Below, one piece after another: positions 55,226 to 64,000 of a stretch of 64,000 bases of DNA. Where the stretch lies: the NCBI RefSeq assembly GCF_009914755.1, contig NC_060936.1. The stretch is one strand, 5' to 3'. Source of the DNA: the human T2T-CHM13v2.0 reference genome, Homo sapiens. Position numbers and translations under genes: made by a program. The notes under the pieces are model-generated. The model did not search any database. It had not been told where the DNA came from and was given only the letters and a program-made list of their open reading frames with translations. Positions within the stretch are counted from its first letter, which is position 1. The number at the start of each line of letters is the position of its first letter.

Positions 55226-55791
55226 GTTGCTAATTCCTTAGACGCTTTAAGGAGATAAATATATTCAGAGTGGAAAGTGAGTATGGATTTGCAAAATAAG
55301 CCATCTTATGTAATTATAACATACTTCTCAAAATGCATTACTGGTTTGGGCTTTCTCGGTGAAACTGATGAAAATATAAATAAAAAGCAATTGAAATAAA
55401 CATTGTTTTCATTCCATGTTTGTAATTTAATGTTTATAAAGCAGAGTAAATCCTAGCTAGGTTCTACCCAGATGAAACAAAATGAAAATTTAATGATTCT
55501 GCACACATTTCTAATGTAAACTGCCAATCAGAGTGACTTCAGATAAGATACTATACATTCAGTAAGGGCCAATGCTATACAGTATTGGGCTGGAGTTGGT
55601 GTTTAACCCTATTTGTGAAACAGTACATTTTTTTGGTTCACAACAACTCTAGGAAGTTTCCATCTGTAATAAGATGAGAGGCTATCTTTACGGGTAGTTT
55701 CATGTAATTTACTTTTAAAGCACTTATAACAATTGCAATTTGTTTATAATTTCTTGGTTAATTGTTTATTTTCCTCCGTGACAATATAGCA

Positions 55792-56442
55792 ATGTAGCAA
55801 ATGCTATCTGTGCCCAGCTCACATTTCTTGGGCATCCCTCATTTTCATACATACCAGCCTGACTTGCAGCTGCCAGTGCATGACTCATTTCCCGAGGGGT
55901 GTCTTTTGGCTGCAGATACCTCTTCTGCCTAGGAGGAGGCAGAGGAAGTACCAGAGTGTTAATGCTGTTTGAGCGCAGTCGTTTTAAACAATATCTGATG
56001 GGAATTGGTGGTTAAATACTCCTCCCTTGCCTCTTGGGCGGGATAAGTCTTTGAAAGTGTGTTCTACAACTCTGCTTACTCAAAGTATCCACTGACCAGT
56101 AACAGTAGCATCGATATTGGTTGGGAACTGGTTAGTAATTAAAATTTGTGGAACCCACCCCCAAATTACTGAATCAAAATCTCAGGCAGTAGGTCCTGGG
56201 AATCTGTAGAGTGATGTCTGTGCCCTCTCATGTTGGAAAACACTATTCCTGCTGAGTTCCTCAGAAGGATTAACCTTAAGTTGCTCACAGTGGTAACTTG
56301 CTTAATAACCAACACTTCCCTTCTTCTCCCATCTGTCTCACTCCCCACCTCTATGCGTTTCTTGAAATCATACCCCAAACAAACTATATGTACTTGAATC
56401 CTTGTCTCATTGTTTGTTTCTGGGGCAAGTCAAATTAAGACA
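55792..56442 (+). mobile_element. LTR16-like solo LTR with nested MER5A fragment (~56075-56210)
   Basis: tgtagcaaatgct... to ...ctggggcaagtcaaattaagaca; internal MER5A motif tactgaatcaaaatctc...gggaatctgta. Confidence 0.6.
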
Positions 56443-56549
56443 GGCAGAGATTATGACAAGTAGATGGATGAATTGGCTTTATAGGTATAACTAAAAGGTT
56501 AACATTGCTAATTTTTGTAGTTTTACCATTCTCTAGTCTCAGATTTCCA

Positions 56550-57130
56550 TTTCTGCCATCTGCTGAAAATTTAATATGTGGGCAAAGTGGCATGTTAGAT
56601 ACAGGTGAAGAGAGAATTTGTGAAGTGAAATATATATAAGCATAAATTATCCAGAATGCCAGAAGAGAAAAAGAAATAGAAAATATGAAAGAGCATTAAT
56701 TAAACAATAAGAAGGACAGTGTGAGAAGCTTTATATGTTTAATTGAAGTATCAACAGTATAGGAGAGAGAGAGAGAATAGAGGCATAATTTGAAGAGATA
56801 ATAGCTGAGAATTTTTCTAGAATGGATCTATTATATAATCCACAGATTCATGAAGACCAGCAATTTCCAAGTGGGATTAAAAAAAATGAAATCTATATTC
56901 TAGTCCCAACATAATAAAATGACAGAGCCTCAAAGTCAAATGAAAAACATGAAAGCCACTGAAGAGAAAAAGACTACATTCTTAGAAAAGACAGCTACAG
57001 TGTCATATGACTTACTAACAGCAATGATGGAAGCTAAAAGACAGTGTAATAATACCTTCCAAATGCTGACAAAATAATTGTCATTCCAAAATTGTGTTTC
57101 CAGCCCTACAGCTGTAACAGTGTTTGAAAT
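56550..57130 (+). mobile_element. Ancient L1M ORF1 fragment
   Basis: tttgaagagataatagctgagaatttttctagaat and downstream ORF1-like sequence. Confidence 0.55.
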
Positions 57131-57639
57131 CACAAACTAGCCACTACTAGCATGAAGGATCTGCTCTGTAGGATTTGGTGACATATTTAGGGTCTTTATA
57201 TTGTATATAGATAAGTGCTTTCTCTTTGACTGTAGGAAAGGTTTTTCTTGATTGTATCCCTGTTTGCTTTTCAACCCATATGCTCAACTATTTTCCTATT
57301 TCTCATATGTCTTTAGGCCTTCTTATAGACTTCATAGCACTTGAAATGGCTTTAGCAACAGGAATTTGTTTTATTTCGCAGTACTGTCTCTGTTGGTCTA
57401 CAATATGTATTCCTTTATGCCTGTTGCTCAAGAGGTACCACGTGTTCTCTCATTTCCTTCAAAAGGCTATTTCAAGCTCCTCTTTAATACTTAATGCTTT
57501 CTGTGTCATGCACATTTTAAAATCAGGACACATAGATATTTTAGGATGTTGACTGATTGTATTTATTCATGTATATTTTATATATGTATAATATATATAA
57601 TAACCTATGTATAATTATATAATTGATATCTATAAATGT

Positions 57640-57918
57640 CCACAATGTGAAAGAACAGCAAAACACAACCGTATGAGATAATACACACAGCGAATTGAGG
57701 TAGCTGGTAGGTGTCTGAGGGGTGTGTGTGTGTTCATTTTGTGTATTATGTGGTTCAGTTCTGATGGGTACAGGTTTGTGTGTTCACCTGGTGTTTCTTG
57801 TGGACACAACTGCACATCAGCCAGTGTGATACTTGCATTATGCTCAAATTGTTTCCTAATATGTCAGTCACGTGGAACAAATTTGCCTTTTCAAAACAAC
57901 TTGTACCAGCAAAACTAT
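57640..57918. mobile_element. MamRep137-like TcMar/Tigger relic
   Basis: Reverse complement gttttgaaaaggcaaatttgttcc...attaggaaacaatttgagcataatgc resembles the recalled consensus. Confidence 0.4.
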
Positions 57919-57939
57919 TTTTCCCAGTCTCTATTTTCT

Positions 57940-63676
<5,737 letters not shown>

Positions 63677-64000
63677 TTTTTTTTTTTTTTGTTCAATTTC
63701 AGTTGTTTTATTATAAAACACAAATGTAGAAAATGTAACACAAAAGAAATGATAGCTTAGAGGATTGTCATAAGGCAAACATCATTCTAACCTCCACCCA
63801 AGTGAAAAAACAGAATTCTGCCAGCTACCTGAGAAGCCCTTTCATGGGTCCTGTTCCAATGATGTCCTCCTCCATCCCTCCAAAAGTAACCATGATCTTG
63901 ACTTTTATGGTAACCACTTCCTTGCATATCTTTACAGTTTTACCACTCCAATTGTGCATCCCTAGACACTCAAGTTTAATTTTGCTCCTTAAAGAAATCT

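Overview
Human genomic DNA; an AluYa5 carrying all five diagnostic bases marks it as human. The window holds the last six coding exons and 3'UTR of REDIC1/C12orf40 (+ strand, meiotic class I crossover regulator; identified from recall of the protein sequence). The exons (14544-15073, 15348-15417, 16800-16860, 23981-24044, 48599-48681, 52630-53094) splice with GT-AG ends into one open frame of 423 codons plus stop. Most of the rest is transposon-derived: several near-full-length L1s (L1PA4-6-like, L1PB1, L1MA, L1PA2/3, L1PA7/8-like), a twin-primed L1PB carrying a ~3.1 kb purine-pyrimidine repeat, four Alus, a complete MSTA element, Tigger2, MER5, MER21, LTR16 and L2. No new multi-gene system is supportable. 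The best leads are tandem LC8/DYNLL1-type motifs in the REDIC1 C-terminus, a possible in-frame L1 antisense-promoter/ORF0-REDIC1 fusion, a YY1-less and ZNF93-site-deleted L1, one L1 ORF2 site damaged independently in three elements, and two templated insertions. Subfamily names come from remembered consensus sequences, not a RepeatMasker run.
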